The notes under the pieces are model-generated. The model had not been told where the DNA came from. It made no database searches and saw nothing but the letters and a program-made list of their open reading frames with translations. A program made the position numbers and the translations under genes. Below, piece after piece: positions 32,234 through 45,846 of a DNA stretch of 64,000 nt. Within the stretch, counting starts at the first letter, position 1; each line of letters starts with the position of its first letter. The DNA is from a virus: IMG/VR virus record IMGVR_UViG_2823662158_000001. One strand, 5' to 3'.

Positions 32234-34583
32234 TGAAGTTCCAAGTACAAATATACGTTAAGGATGGTACAGACTATGTGTTATTAGACCTGTTCCAAGA
32301 TGAAAGTATTGTAGTTAAATCCAGCGTTCAAGATATTCAAGACATAGCACAGGTATTCACTGACTTTTCCCAAACCTTCACAGTGCCAGCCTCCAAAACA
32401 AACAACGGAGTATTTAAGCACTACTACAATAACGACCTTGACGAATTAAACGCCAACATACGATTAGATTCTCGTCTAGAGATTAACCGAACACCATTTA
32501 GACGTGGACAGGTCCAACTAGAAGGTGCTGAGGTCAAAAACAACCAAGTAGAAAGCTATAAAATTACATTCTATGGGGACGTTGTAACCCTAAAGGACTT
32601 AATAGGCAACGACAAGCTAAAAGACCTAAACTATGCAACAGTAGCAACCACTTACGACGGTGCTACAGTTCAGAACTCAATAACCGATACGAGCGACTTA
32701 GATGTACGATTCCGTTAATTACTTCTGAAAGACTTTGGAGTTACACAGGAGGTGCAAGTACGGATATTACACAGACTGCCACGCCTTTGGTTTGGTCAGA
32801 ACTGTTCCCAGCGCTAAAAGACGCTAAAATACTTGACCTTATAGAATCTAAGTACGGAGTTACTTTCGTGGGTAATTTTCTAACAGATAAAAGATTCACC
32901 AATTGCTTCACGTGGTGGAAGAACAGAGAAACACCTGATTTCTTTAGTGAGCCTTACGATTTAACTTTCGATCTATCGACAGCAGTAGGAGTTGACACAA
33001 CTTCGCCAACCTATGCCCATATAGACACTCCAAACGTAATCAATATAGAAGGGTTTAACTTGTCAGCATTGGGTGCTACTGGACAGGTTATTAGCCCGTC
33101 CTTAATTCTATACGTTACAGTAGATAACCTTTCTAACTCTGACCCATTTGTTATTGACGTTTACAAGAACGGTGCTTTGTATAATTCATTCCAACCAACA
33201 GCAGGAACCGAGGTAGCAGTAGTAAATGAAACAGCAGTCCTAACAAGTGCCTTTGCTTCTTTGGATGATACTTATAACTTTCAAGTAAGAACAACAGGTG
33301 CAACTACTTTCGATTATACAGTTCGGTATTTATTCGAGATGAGGAACTAACTTTTAATCCGCTTCCTACGCCTCCGACATCGACGGTAGTAACAGAGCAA
33401 GACGTAAGCGAAACCAACACTAGTGTAACGACTATGGCCAACTTTGACTTTAATAGCAGTGCACCAGACATAACCATCGCGGATTGGCTAAGCGGAACAC
33501 TCAAACAGTTCAATCTAACATGCTACCCAACAGAAAATGAATTAGAGTATCAAATAGAGCCATTACAGGAATGGTATCAAAGTGGTGACACTATAGACAT
33601 TACGCAATACGTAGACACGGATAGCATTAAAGTGGATAGACCAAAACTATACAACGAAGTTAGTTTCGAGTGGCAGGAATCGAAGTCTTTTATAAATGAG
33701 GCATACAAAGAAGCCAATGAGAAGCAGTACGGAGCATTACAGGAAGTATTCCCACAATATGATGGGGGTAAGTATCAGATAAAGCTACCTTTTGAAACAC
33801 TGTTATTCTCAAACATAGACACGGCTAACAATAATCTAATTGTAGGGTACTGTTTGACCAAATCACCAAACTACAAGCCATACATTCCAAAACCTGTTAA
33901 GCTATACTTACAGGATGAAGTATCTCCTGTGTTCTTCTACTTTGACGATGGTACGGGAGCTTCTTTGATTAGTAGTTATTTACCGTTTGGGCAAGAGGTA
34001 GTATATAACTCTGCTCTATTTACTTTGAATTTCGGAAGTGAGTTCAGTACTCTAGACAGTACGCCAAAAGAAAACAGTTTATACAGTGTTTATTACAAGC
34101 CATACCTAGTAAACCTATTCCGAAGTAAAACGAGAATAGTAACCTGTAAGGCAAAGTTTCCGATTAGTGTAATGACTAGACTAAGTTTAGAAGATGCGTT
34201 GATTATACGCGATAAAAAGTACAGAATTAACGACTTAAAGACTGACCTAACAAACGGCGTTACTAATCTAGTATTGATTAGTGACTTTGTACCAGATGCG
34301 CGGAGAATATGATCTTTTACAGTTCCACAAACAGGAGGCACAGTGAACATTCCTAAAACCGCCAAGGCTAGGGAATTTGGATTTATCTCTAAACACTTCG
34401 GGTAGCTTCTCGTCAAGTTCTGTAACTCTCCCGGCAACAGATGAGACAGAACAAAACTGGGTATTAACAGTTCCTAGTAATGGAACAGGTAAGGATAGGT
34501 ACGAGGTTTACACGGTATCTAGAAACTTCCAAAACGGAGACGAGGCACAAGGAGAACAAGTAACCATTATACAAAGAGGGTAA
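32233..34583 (+). CDS. Tail tip/hub protein (~780 aa, frameshifted)
   Basis: 'LDLFQDESI...VFTDFSQTFTVPASKTNN..FKHYY', 'ELFPALK', 'LIIRDKKYRIN'; lies just upstream of the tape measure. Confidence 0.65.
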
Positions 34584-34722
34584 AAATGATTGAATTGATA
34601 TTTGAAATGCTGTATTTAAGTGAGCATTATGGACAAAGTGAATTAATAGAAATCGCCAAGGGTAAAAACGAACTACCAGAGGATTGGAAAGACGTTATGG
34701 CCCAAATAAAACGTAAGAAAGC

Positions 34723-36836
34723 ATGGCAGAAGAAAGGGTAGTAAAATTAACGGTTGACGCTTCACAGGCGGACAAATCACTAAAGAAGTTTGGCGGCACT
34801 TTAGAAGACGTATATGGAGAAGGTGTACAACCTTTGAATTTTGCTATTGGTGAGCTAGAAGATAGACTTTACGAAATGGCAGCGGCTGGTCAGTCAGGCA
34901 CGAAAGAGTTTGCGGACATGGCCAAGGAAGTCGCCAACATGAAAAAGGTGATTATAGACACTGATGCTGCCGTAGATGGACTTGCAGAAGGTGTTGGTGT
35001 TCACTTAGGGGAGCTATCCAGGGTGTAGCTGGCGGGTTTGCACTAGCCCAAGGCGTTATGGGTGCATTCGGTGCTAATAGTGAGGCGTTAGAAGAAACTC
35101 TACTTAAAGTACAGAGCGCCATGGCTATCGCTGATGGTATCCAGTCGGTGCGTGAAGGTATCAAAGCATTTAAAGCCCTCAAAGTTGCCGCTATGTCCAA
35201 TATAGTGGTTCAAAAACTATTGAACGTTGTAATGAGTTTAAACCCTGTTGGATTAATTATCGCAGGAGTCGCAGCATTGGCAGCGGCTATCTACGCACTG
35301 TGGGACCCGATTAAGCAGCTTTTACAGTTCCTTGGACTAATGGAAGAGGACACCATTTCAGCAGCGGAAGCTAATAAGCAGTTGACTAAATCCTATGAAC
35401 GCCAAACAGAGGCAATGGATAGAGCGTCAAAGACTATGGATGAGATGCACCGTCACAGAATGAAACTTCTACAACTTCAAGGCGCTACCCTAGAGGAGCT
35501 ACACGAAGAGGAGTTGAAACAAATGGAAGAGGCGAAAGAGGCACGTCACGCCAGAGCAGAAGCGGAACGCGACATGATTAAGAAGAGCCAAAAATGTATA
35601 AAAAGCATTGGCCGAGGAGGATTGGGATACTGCCAAAAGCGCAAGGGAGCAAGTAGAAACTAGTCGCGCCAAATACCGAGAGTTAGAGCATGAAGAACTC
35701 CAGTACCAAAACAATAAAAAGAGATAGAACTCCAATTTGAAAAGGACAAGGCCGCACGTGACAAAAAAAGTAGACGAAGAAAAGGCTAGATTAAAGGAGC
35801 GCCAAGATGCTTGGAAAGAATACCAAGACAATAGGCTTAATGCGGCTAGAGAAATTAGGGATTTAGAAATATCTCTAATGCAAGAGGGGAAGGATAAGGA
35901 GTTGGAAGCATTGAACACATCTTTAGACAGGCAAATTGAAGACACTAAGAAAGCTGAAAACTTAACCCAAAAAGAAAAGCAGAGATTAATAGACTTATAT
36001 AACCAGCAACGGGAACAAAAGGAGAAAGAAATCAATGACAAATACATTGAAGCCCAAAAGGAAAGAGAGAAAAAGCAGCGGATGCGGTTAAAGCAATAAG
36101 AGAGGCGCAAGCACAAGAAGAGGAGGACTTCTATGAGGAATACAGACAAAATGTAACCAATAGAGACCAACTAGAAATTGAAGCGGTACAGGAAAAGTAT
36201 TTCCGATTGATAGAACTCGCTAAACAATATGGACTGGATACCCAAGAACTTGAGCAACGACAAGCAGACGAAGTTAAAGCTATTAAAGACAAAGCAGCAA
36301 AGGAGGACGAAGAAAGAGATAAGCAAGTACAAGAGGCTAAATTCTCTATAACTCAAAGCAGCCTAACGGCCATCAATGACCTAGTACAAGCGTTTGCCGG
36401 AGAGAGTGAAGCAGCACAACGTAGGGCTTTTAATGTGAATAAGGCTGTCAGTATCGCTCAAGCTACTATTGACACGTATAAGAGTGCTACGGCAATATTC
36501 GCCAGTGTAGCCGCTAACCCTATTACTATTGCCAACCCATCTGCGCCATTTATTGCAGCAGGAGCAGCAGTAGCTAGTGGTGTCGCTAATATCGCAACCA
36601 TCGCAGCCCAGCAATTCCAAGGAGGAGGCGCTGGTGGTGGAGGTGGCGCGGCCAACGTTCCAAGCGCGTTATCCTCAAGTCCACAATTCAACATTGTAGG
36701 TGATACGGGCATTAACCAACTTGCCCAAACACTAGGACAACAGGGACAAGCACCTGTAGAGGCTTATGTAGTGGCAGGAAACGTAACTACAGCCCAGAGT
36801 TTAGAACGAAACAAAATAGACAACGCAAGTTTGTAG
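34723..36836 (+). CDS. Tape measure protein (copy 2)
   Basis: Repeat of 1298-3413. Confidence 0.85.
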
Positions 36837-36961
36837 GATAAAAAAGGCCGCCTATAAAGAAGACGGCCAACCTAAACACAAAAATAACTTGTCTATGAAA
36901 GTTGCTAATATAAACAAATTTTGAAACTACAACAAAATACAACGAAAAAAGTTTTTTAAAT

Positions 36962-37594
36962 ATGGCAAAATTACAAGAGATAGAGTTATTTATTGAGGAT
37001 GAAAGCCAAGACGGGGTTTTTGCTATTTCCTTAGTAGATAAACCAGCGATAGAAGAGGACTTTATAGCATTGTCCAAGCACGACCAAGACGAAACGATAC
37101 AACTACAGGTAGCAGACGAAGAGAGACGTATTGCAGTAGGATATGCACTTATCCCAGAGAAGCGTATTTATAGAAAGATGCAACCAAAAGGATTCGATGA
37201 GCCTGTAGAGTTTAACATCTACTTCACCAAGGAAACAATAGCCAAAACACAGGAGCTATACATGCGTAACCTAAACGCTAATAATGCAACGGTTGACCAT
37301 GAGAAACCTGTACAAGATTGCACTGTAATTGAGTCCTGGATCACAGAGGACACTAAACACGACAAGATAAATCTATTCAACGTAGAGCCAATCATGGGAG
37401 GTTGGGCAGTTATGATGAAGATTAACAACGATGAAGTTTGGAACGATGTGAAAGCAGGAGAGTACAAAGGCTTTTCAATCGAAGGTTTATACAAAGGGTT
37501 TGAAAACCTAAAACTAGAAGAGGAAGTTAAAGAATTAACAGACGACGAGAAAATTCAACAAATAATTAAAATACTAGAAGATGGCAATAACTAA
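36962..37594 (+). CDS. Prohead protease, XkdF-like (copy 2, intact)
   Basis: 210-aa ORF. Confidence 0.8.
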   Translation: MAKLQEIELFIEDESQDGVFAISLVDKPAIEEDFIALSKHDQDETIQLQVADEERRIAVGYALIPEKRIYRKMQPKGFDEPVEFNIYFTKETIAKTQELYMRNLNANNATVDHEKPVQDCTVIESWITEDTKHDKINLFNVEPIMGGWAVMMKINNDEVWNDVKAGEYKGFSIEGLYKGFENLKLEEEVKELTDDEKIQQIIKILEDGNN

Positions 37595-37958
37595 TAACGG
37601 TACAGAGGTAACACTACCAAGCTCAATTTTACCAACGGGTTACACAAAACCAAGCACTACAACTTTTACTGATTGGGAGTACAAGCGTGAGTTAACTCTA
37701 AACGTGACCAAGGCAACAGTGGAGAACGCTACACGAGCTACAACACTAACTAACATTGTAGACAACGGTACTGTAGGAATTGATGCACAGATTGACGCTA
37801 TTTTGGCAGCAGATTTTGATGCTACAGATACGGTAACGGCATACACTGAGTTTTACAAGATTGAGAGCAACATTCCTGTAAATGCAACGGGAGATTTTTA
37901 CACTAACACGGCAGTATCATACGTATGTTACTGTAGACTATATGTAAAGGTAGCGTAA
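37581..37958 (+). CDS. Putative virion protein (copy 2)
   Basis: Repeat of 4156-4533. Confidence 0.55.
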   Translation: MAITNNGTEVTLPSSILPTGYTKPSTTTFTDWEYKRELTLNVTKATVENATRATTLTNIVDNGTVGIDAQIDAILAADFDATDTVTAYTEFYKIESNIPVNATGDFYTNTAVSYVCYCRLYVKVA

Positions 37959-37959
37959 T

Positions 37960-39296
37960 ATGCCAATTGGGGACTTACCTTCTTATGTGAGATATAAAGA
38001 CATTACCACACCTGTAGGTGATGAATATATATACCTGGATTCGCCAAGCGATGACATACCACGGCGGATATCTGTAAGCAATTTAGGTTCTAGCTCTTTT
38101 GGGACTTTAGACGGACGCATAGTTGTTAATCAGTCAAACGTAGCGACTACTTTAGGCGGTACAATAGACAGCACCAAACAGTATTTCATTGACGGTAGTA
38201 TTGACATGTCAGGGGTTACGGTTACTGTTCCAAGTACGGGGATATTCATTAAGGGCTACAACCTTGACTTATCTTTTCTTACTTGTTCGGATAACAGTTA
38301 TGTCATGTTTGACGGTGCAACAGCTGGGAATGTATTCTTTCAAGATATTACACTAACAACTTCGGGGACAGCTTCACAGGTTTTTGACCTGACGGACGCG
38401 ACCGGATTTAATGCGGTTGAATTAGTACGCGTGAACTTTAACGACTGTACAGCAATTGGAGAGTTAAACGGATACAGGCAAGGACTAGAAACAAATACGG
38501 GTCGATTTGGAGGAACGCCAGAAATGACACTTTCGGGAACATGGATAGGTGGATATTTCATTGATGTTTCAATTGTTCGTGGTTTAACAAATGGGGGTAT
38601 GCTTTATACAAAGCGGGCACAGGTTTTTCAATGCGTAGTAGGTTTAGAACTAACCAAAATATTGATCTACCTGCATCAGCATCATTCTTTGATTTTGCAC
38701 CCAGCAATTTTGCCAATCCTTCGACAGTTCAAGTACAAGGCGCACTTGTATCGCGTAGTGGTGTTTTTGATGCTACTGATACCAATATCACACCAAACAT
38801 AACACAAGCAGACCTTGAGAGCGCATGGAGTAATAATATTGGAATGCCTAACACTTTTGAAGGTGGTAAACTAACACTAACAACAGAAATAGCAACTTCT
38901 TTAAGCGTTGGCGTATGGTCAACAATTGCTGGAACTTGGACGGCTTCAAATCTAGAGCATTTTGACAGCCCTAGCAATGGTGAGTTAAGGCATTTAGGAA
39001 CTTCGCCAAGGGAGTATAAATGTATAGTGAATTTCATTATTAACGGAGGAGGTAATGATGATATCGGTGTACGTGTTCGAAAATGGGATAACAGCGCAAG
39101 CGCATTCGTAGATGGTACAGAGATAAGAAGGCAAGTTAATAACATAGTTGGAGGGCGTGATGTTGCTTTCTATAATATCAGTTTCAATATTGAACTAGAC
39201 CAAAACGACTACGTTTTCTTCCAAGTAAGAAACAACACAGACAACACCAACATAACATTAGAGCTAGATTCTGATTTTGTAATTGAAGAAAGATAA
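37960..39296 (+). CDS. Beta-rich virion protein (copy 2)
   Basis: Repeat of 4535-5871. Confidence 0.6.
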
Positions 39297-39462
39297 AATG
39301 AAAAAAAAGAAGGGCAAATATTCGCCAAAGATGACAGCAGAAGAGTATAAAAACTAACAGGCCAAGGACTAGGTAGCCTATATAACGGTCATATTGGAAA
39401 TGTTACAAATGTACCAAGAAGTTAAAAATACAACAAGTTAAATAATAAATAGTTAAATACGT

Positions 39463-40107
39463 ATGAAGACAGAACTATCAAAAGTAGAAAAGATCAAAAA
39501 GGTGTTGGGAATGCCTATTGATTTGGCTGAGATGCTTCTAGATGACGGGGTTACTGTCATTGAGGCGGAAGTATTTGAAGCAGGACAGGAAGTTAATATC
39601 AAAACAGAGGACGGGCAGTCTATCCCTTTACCAGTTGGTGAGTATGGACTACAGGACGGGATGGTATTAGTAGTACAAGAAGAGGGTATCATTGGTGAGA
39701 TCCGCCAAGCTACAGAAGAACAACCACAAGAGGAAGAGGAAGTAGCAGCAGCAGACAAACCAACAGAACAACCCGTAGCAAAGAAAGTAGTAGAGTCAGT
39801 TTCTAAAGAGACTTACTTCTCAGCAGAGGAAAAAGAGGAATTAGAGGCTAAAATTACTGCACTAGAAGCACAGGTGGCGGAATTGTCTAAGCAAGACGAG
39901 GAAGAAACAAAAGAAGAGGTTAAAGAGGAAACGGTAGAGCTTAAAGAAGAGGAAGTGAAGCCAATCACTCACAACCCTGAGAATAAAGAAAAGCAAGAGT
40001 CAGTATTCAAGTTAGCAGCTAACCGCAAAGCAGACTCTATCCAAGACAGAGTAAGGAACACAATTTTAAAACTAATAAACAATGGCAACATTAACACACG
40101 TATCTAA
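39463..40107 (+). CDS. Scaffolding protein (copy 2)
   Basis: 214-aa ORF. Confidence 0.7.
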   Translation: MKTELSKVEKIKKVLGMPIDLAEMLLDDGVTVIEAEVFEAGQEVNIKTEDGQSIPLPVGEYGLQDGMVLVVQEEGIIGEIRQATEEQPQEEEEVAAADKPTEQPVAKKVVESVSKETYFSAEEKEELEAKITALEAQVAELSKQDEEETKEEVKEETVELKEEEVKPITHNPENKEKQESVFKLAANRKADSIQDRVRNTILKLINNGNINTRI

Positions 40108-40501
40108 TGACGTACAACGTGCCAAAGCAGAAGTAGAGACTATTTCAGCGGCACAAACATTAACAGAAGCGGATAGCGGAAAGGTATTGATCCTTAACGC
40201 AGCAGCAGGAGCAACAATCACTTTGCCTGCATTAGGTTCTGGGCTTCGATTTAAGTTCGTAGTAGGAGCAGCGTTCGCAACGACTAACTGGGTAGTGGAC
40301 TCAGCAGAAGGGGACAACATTAACGGAATTTTGGTAGTAAACGGAGCAAGCGTAGCGGCGTCAGGAGAGGACCAAGTAGATTTCGTAGCCTCAGCAGAGT
40401 CTATCGGAGACTACATTGAGTTGGTTTGTGACGGTTCGCAATGGCTTCTTAGCGGTGTTGGTTCAGCAGCAGGATCAATTACAACTACAGACCCATCATA
40501 A
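40082..40501 (+). CDS. Putative decoration protein (copy 2)
   Basis: Repeat of 6658-7077. Confidence 0.55.
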   Translation: MATLTHVSNDVQRAKAEVETISAAQTLTEADSGKVLILNAAAGATITLPALGSGLRFKFVVGAAFATTNWVVDSAEGDNINGILVVNGASVAASGEDQVDFVASAESIGDYIELVCDGSQWLLSGVGSAAGSITTTDPS

Positions 40502-40530
40502 TTAAGTAAATAACATTATAAATATTAAAA

Positions 40531-41449
40531 ATGGCAACAACAACTAGTATTACTACTTACGCTGGTGAATCAGCAGGGAAGTACGTATCAGCAGCACTTT
40601 TGTCAGGTGACACACTTTCAAAAGGACTTATTGAAATTAAACCAAATGTAAAGTACAAGCAAGTATTGAAGCGTTTGGCGACTAACGACATTTTGAAAAA
40701 TGCAGGGTGTGACTTTGACCCAACTTCTACAGTTACATTGACTGAGAGAATTTTGGAGCCGGAGTACTTCAAGGTTAACTTGCAATTGTGTAAAGAGGAC
40801 TTCCGTTCAGATTGGGAGGCAGAATCAATGGGTTATTCAGCACGATGAACTTCCAAAGACTTTCGCAGATTACATGATTTCATACGTAGCAGCTAAAGTA
40901 GCAGCTAAGATGGAAACTAACATATGGGCAGGTGCAACAGCAAACAACGGTGAATTTGACGGGTTTGAGGTTCTATTGGCTTCTAACGCAGACCAACCAG
41001 CATCACAAGAAGTAGCAGGAACAACATTGGACGCTTCAAACATTGTAGCAGAACTTGGGAAAGTAGTAGACGAGATTCCGAACGCATTGTTTAAAGATGA
41101 CCTTTGTATCTTCATTCCTATCTCAGCATACCGTTTGTACCTTCGCGCACAGGCAGCACTTGGGTTCATTGATCGTTTCAATAACCAAGACATGGGAGAC
41201 GTTATGTTCGACGGTGTTAAATTGGTAGTATGTCCTGGAATGTCAGACAATACAATGATCTGTACTACTAAAGACAACTTGTACTTTGGTACAGGGTTGG
41301 TATCTGACCACAACCAAGTTAAGGTTATCGACATGGAAGACATCGACGGTTCAGATAACGTTCGTTTCATCATGAAAATGAGTGCAGCGGTACAGTACGC
41401 TAACGGTGAAGACATCGTGACTTACGGTATCACTAACTCTGCAAACTAA
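40531..41449 (+). CDS. Major capsid protein (copy 2)
   Basis: Repeat of 7107-8029, with a 2-nt slip near 40842. Confidence 0.82.
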
Positions 41450-41520
41450 GATTAACTAACTAGAGTATAAAGGGGTAGGGCTTCTGCCTTACCCTTTTTA
41501 ATAAATAAAAACTTATAAAA

Positions 41521-42072
41521 ATGGCATGTGATATTACAGCAGCACGTAATGAGGTTTGTAAAGATGCAATTGGTGGTTTAGATGCTATCTACTTTATTAA
41601 CTTTGACGATGCTCCATATAGCTCAGTAGTTTTTGACGCGACCAATACGGACGTAGTAGAAACTATCAACGGTACGCCTGGTACTGTATCTGCATACAAA
41701 TACGAATTGAAAGCAGATGAAAACACATTTGAAGAAACTATTGTTTCTGACCGTAACACAGGTAGCACATTCTTTGAGGGTGTATTGAATGTTTCATTGA
41801 AAAAGATGGATTTGGCAGCACACAAAGAGGTGAAATTATTGGCGTTTAACCGTCCGCACATTGTACTTCGTGACCGTAACGACAACTTCTATTATATGGG
41901 CGCTCGTTGGGGGTGTGAATTGACAGGAGGAAGTATTGCTACAGGTGGAGCAATGGGAGACAAAAACGGATATATGTTAACGTTTACTTCAAAGAGGCTA
42001 TTCTATTCGTTCATGGAAGCAACAGACGAAGCAGGATTGAACACGGCTGGCTTAAACGTGGTAACTGCATAA
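41521..42072 (+). CDS. Major tail tube protein (copy 2)
   Basis: 183-aa ORF. Confidence 0.7.
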   Translation: MACDITAARNEVCKDAIGGLDAIYFINFDDAPYSSVVFDATNTDVVETINGTPGTVSAYKYELKADENTFEETIVSDRNTGSTFFEGVLNVSLKKMDLAAHKEVKLLAFNRPHIVLRDRNDNFYYMGARWGCELTGGSIATGGAMGDKNGYMLTFTSKRLFYSFMEATDEAGLNTAGLNVVTA

Positions 42073-42617
42073 GTTACTTGATTCTTTCATAGTAAAAGGG
42101 GTGAAATTCCCCTTTATTTAATACATTTACAATATGAAAAATATAAAAATAGAATTAACGACAAGCTATTCAAGCAAGAAGAAAAGGTAGAGTTGCAGAG
42201 TGAGAGGGTAGACTTGTCAAGCGTTAAAGAAATTCAAAAATTCATTGATGCCGTTCGCAAAGACATTCAAAAACTAGATTCCGAGGAGACAAAACTCGAA
42301 GCAAGTTTACAGAAATACAGAAAGCAACAAAAAGATTATAACCAACTTGTTAACCTTACAGAAAAGGGCTTTGGTCTTATTGAAGATTCGGTGTCGAAGT
42401 TTGAATCAAAACTTAAAGAACTAGGTTTAAATCCAAACTCTCAACCTATAATTAAGGGCGCTGAAAAGGAAGTAAGGGGTTGAAAAATATTCTTAAAAAT
42501 TAAAACAATCAGTTAAAAGGTTTAATCTGAATTAATGCAACAAACCATACTGCCAACCACTCTTAACGGGGTGGTTTTTCTTTTAAAACAAATTAGCCAG
42601 TTTTTAGTCTTTATTAT

Positions 42618-42947
42618 ATGATCGTTCTACAAGAAACAGCAACACCGCAAGAGTTCTATGTAATTCCAAGGGAGTACCAAGCAGACCGTATAGAAATAAC
42701 TAGCGAAACAGAGGGTACAACTACTTCTTATGACATTACAGCTAGTGTAGATGGTTACTATTTAACTTGGACAGAAGCCGTAACACTCAAAGAGAATAAC
42801 TTTTATATGTTGACTGTTTACAATGGTGCGGATATAGTGTACAAGGATAAGATATTCTGTACCAACCAAACCGTAGCAGACTACACGGTAAACAATAACG
42901 AATTTACGACCAACAGCACCAATAACGACTATATAACCCTTGATTAA
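42618..42947 (+). CDS. Virion structural protein (copy 2)
   Basis: Repeat of 9198-9527. Confidence 0.6.
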   Translation: MIVLQETATPQEFYVIPREYQADRIEITSETEGTTTSYDITASVDGYYLTWTEAVTLKENNFYMLTVYNGADIVYKDKIFCTNQTVADYTVNNNEFTTNSTNNDYITLD

Positions 42948-44711
42948 TGGAAGGAATTGATAATATAGAAATAATCAACCTAGCACACTACGAAAGCCCA
43001 GAAGTAGTAGAAGATACTAGAGAGGATTGGGTAGAGTATGGCGAAGATAACACCTACTACGATTGGCTTATTGACCGTTTCCATAAGTCGCCAACAAACA
43101 ACGCTATTATTAACAACATGGCACGTTTGATTTATGGTAAAGGACTAAGCGCATTAAATGCAAGCCGTAAGACACAGGAATACGCACAACTTAGAAGCCT
43201 ATTTACACCCGAAGTATTACGGGCAACTTGCCAAGGCTTAAAGATGCTAGGTGACCACTACCTGCAGTGTATTTACAATAAGAATCACACTAAAATTGAA
43301 AAGGTACACTTCATTACTGCCAACTTAGTACGACCAGAGAAGTGCAACAAAGATGGAGAGATAGAAGGATACTACTACTGTGATAACTGGGAAGATACCA
43401 AGAAATACAAACCAATGCGAATTCCAGCGTTCGGAACTTCTAACGAACGTATTGAATTGTTACGTATCATGCCTTACAGTGTAGGGTTTAAGTACTTCGC
43501 ACCTGTAGATTACCAAGGCTGCCTACCATACACAGTACTAGAGGAAGAAATAGCAGACTATCTAATAAACGAGGTACAAAATCACTTCTCAGGTACTAAG
43601 GTCATCAACTTTAACAACGGTGAACCAACAGCAGAACAAAAGAAAGAGCTAAAGAGACGTGTACATAACAAGTTGGCAGGATCCCAAGGGAGAAAACAAT
43701 TGTATCATTCAATAAGAACGTTGAGAATAGAACGACAGTAGAGGATATTCCGTTAAACGATGCGCCAGAGCATTACTCATATTTAAGTAAAGAAGCAGAA
43801 CAAAAGATTTTGATTGGCCACAATGTAACAAGCCCTATGCTTGTAGGTGTTGTAACGGATAACCAGGGCTTTAGTTCTAACGCTGATGAGATTGAAATAG
43901 CAGCAAAGTATTTCTACAACACCACTGTACAACCGTTCCAGGACCTAATTATAGACGCTATACAGAAGGTTTTGGCGTTCAATGGTGTTACGGGGTTAAA
44001 ATTATATTTCAAGCGCTTAAACTTGCTAGAATCGCTTGAAGAGGAAACACAGAGGCAGGAGGAAAGCGTAGGATTTAGCCTTAACTCACATTTGCAGGAC
44101 TTCATAGATGAGTTTGGCGAAGATGAAAGTGAAGATTGGGAGTTGATAGACGCTAGAGAAGTAGATTATGACCAAGAAGATGAACTAGATAACCAATTAG
44201 CAGAATTCGAGACTAACCTAGTGGCACAGGATAAGACGTTATTAAGGAAGTTTTGGGAGTTTGCAACGGTAGGGCCAGACCAAACACACCAAGCGAACAA
44301 GATAGAGAAATAGATGGATTTTATTTCCGAGTGCGTTACAAGTATGTAGGAAACAAAGCTCCAGAGCGTGACTTCTGTAGACAAATGATGAGAGCGTCCA
44401 AGGTGTACCGTAAAGAGGATATACTAGCAATGGAGGCACAAGGAATTAACCGTTCGCATGGACACGATGGACAGCCGTACAGTATTTGGCTATATAAGGG
44501 CGGTGTATCATGCCACCATAAATGGGAACGCAGAACGTATGTAAGTACGCTGAAAAACGCTTCTATAGGATCACCCAAGACAAGCCAAATAAGCACTAAT
44601 AAGGCGCGTAAATTCGGATACAGACCAACAAATGAAAAAGAGGTTTCTATGAAGCCAAAGGATATGCCATACGATGGACACCACCCAGAATGGATTGCTA
44701 AAAACACGTAA
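42947..44711 (+). CDS. Portal protein (copy 2)
   Basis: Repeat of 9527-11289. Confidence 0.75.
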
Positions 44712-44714
44712 ACA

Positions 44715-45229
44715 ATGGCGAAAGCATTACTAATTACTAGAAAAGACTTGGTTAAAAAACAGCCATGAATGGAAACGTCGATACGGACGAGTTTATTCAG
44801 TTTGTTGAGATTGCCCAAGACACACATATACAGAACTATTTAGGTACAGATCTACTAGAAAAGCTACAGGCATTAATTACAGCAGGAACTATTGGCGACC
44901 CTGGTAATGAAGACTACAACGAACTATTAACCGAGTACGTTAAATTTATGTTGATCCATTGGGCTATGTATGAATATTTGCCATTTGCAGCCTATACAAT
45001 TGCAAATAAAGGGGTTTATAAGCACTTGTCAGAAAATGCAGAATCGGTAGATAAGAATGAGGTGGACTACTTACAGGAAAAGCACAAGCAGATCGCGACC
45101 AACTACACAGAGCGCTGCATAGACTACTTGACATTTAACGCGGGTGAGAAATTTCCAGAGTACTACTCGAATATTAACGAAGATGTAAGCCCTGACAAAA
45201 TTACGGACATAACAGACTGGGAGATATGA
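44715..45229 (+). CDS. Head-tail adaptor-like protein (copy 2)
   Basis: Repeat of 11293-11807. Confidence 0.6.
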
Positions 45230-45521
45230 AGACATACAAGCCAAAAAAGAGAACGTGGAGAAGTTGAAAGTCTTTCTAAAGAAGGTAGAACAAGTAAAAA
45301 CTAAAAAATAGTGGCATCGGTTGATATAACAAAACTAGGGAATTCATAATTAAGCATGGAGTGACAGGTTTTTCTATTGTTTTAAGTTTAGCATTATGGA
45401 TGAAGGTTGAGAGGCTTGAGAATGACTATAAAGATTGCATGAATGACCGAATTATTGATAGCCACCGTAGCAATAGTAATAGACATGTCGCTATTTTACC
45501 GGAACAAATAAAAGTAAAACG

Positions 45522-45846
45522 ATGGGACGAAGAGCAAAAAAGCTAGTAAACTTCATAGATAGGTTGATTAAGTCCGACACTCAGGAGAGCAGTAAACGTG
45601 CTATTGCATTATTCGTTACTTTGCTTATTGGAATCATTGTAATATTGTACACTAATTCAGAGAATATCCTTTTGGTTTTGGCCGAGTTAATTGCGTTTGT
45701 ATCAACGCTTTTGTATATTGCGACAAATGGCAAGCTACCAAAGCTGCCTAAAATGTTTAAAGATGAAGATACTGAAACAATTGGCAAAACGAATGGAGAA
45801 ACTTTCAAAGACGAAAGCGCCAACCCTAAAAACCACAACCGATTAA
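45522..45846 (+). CDS. Holin candidate (copy 2)
   Basis: Repeat of 12100-12424. Confidence 0.55.

Larger units (their letters stand above)
1161..34585 (+). mobile_element. One complete unit of a Bacteroidota-type siphovirus genome (~33.4 kb)
   Basis: Full head, tail, packaging and lysis gene set, no host genes, and the unit end joins the unit start. Confidence 0.92.

Noticed and set aside
1298..34583. Widespread pseudogenes or a decaying prophage
   Set aside because: Breaks fall in homopolymers, hit essential genes and often differ between copies, which points to long-read indel errors
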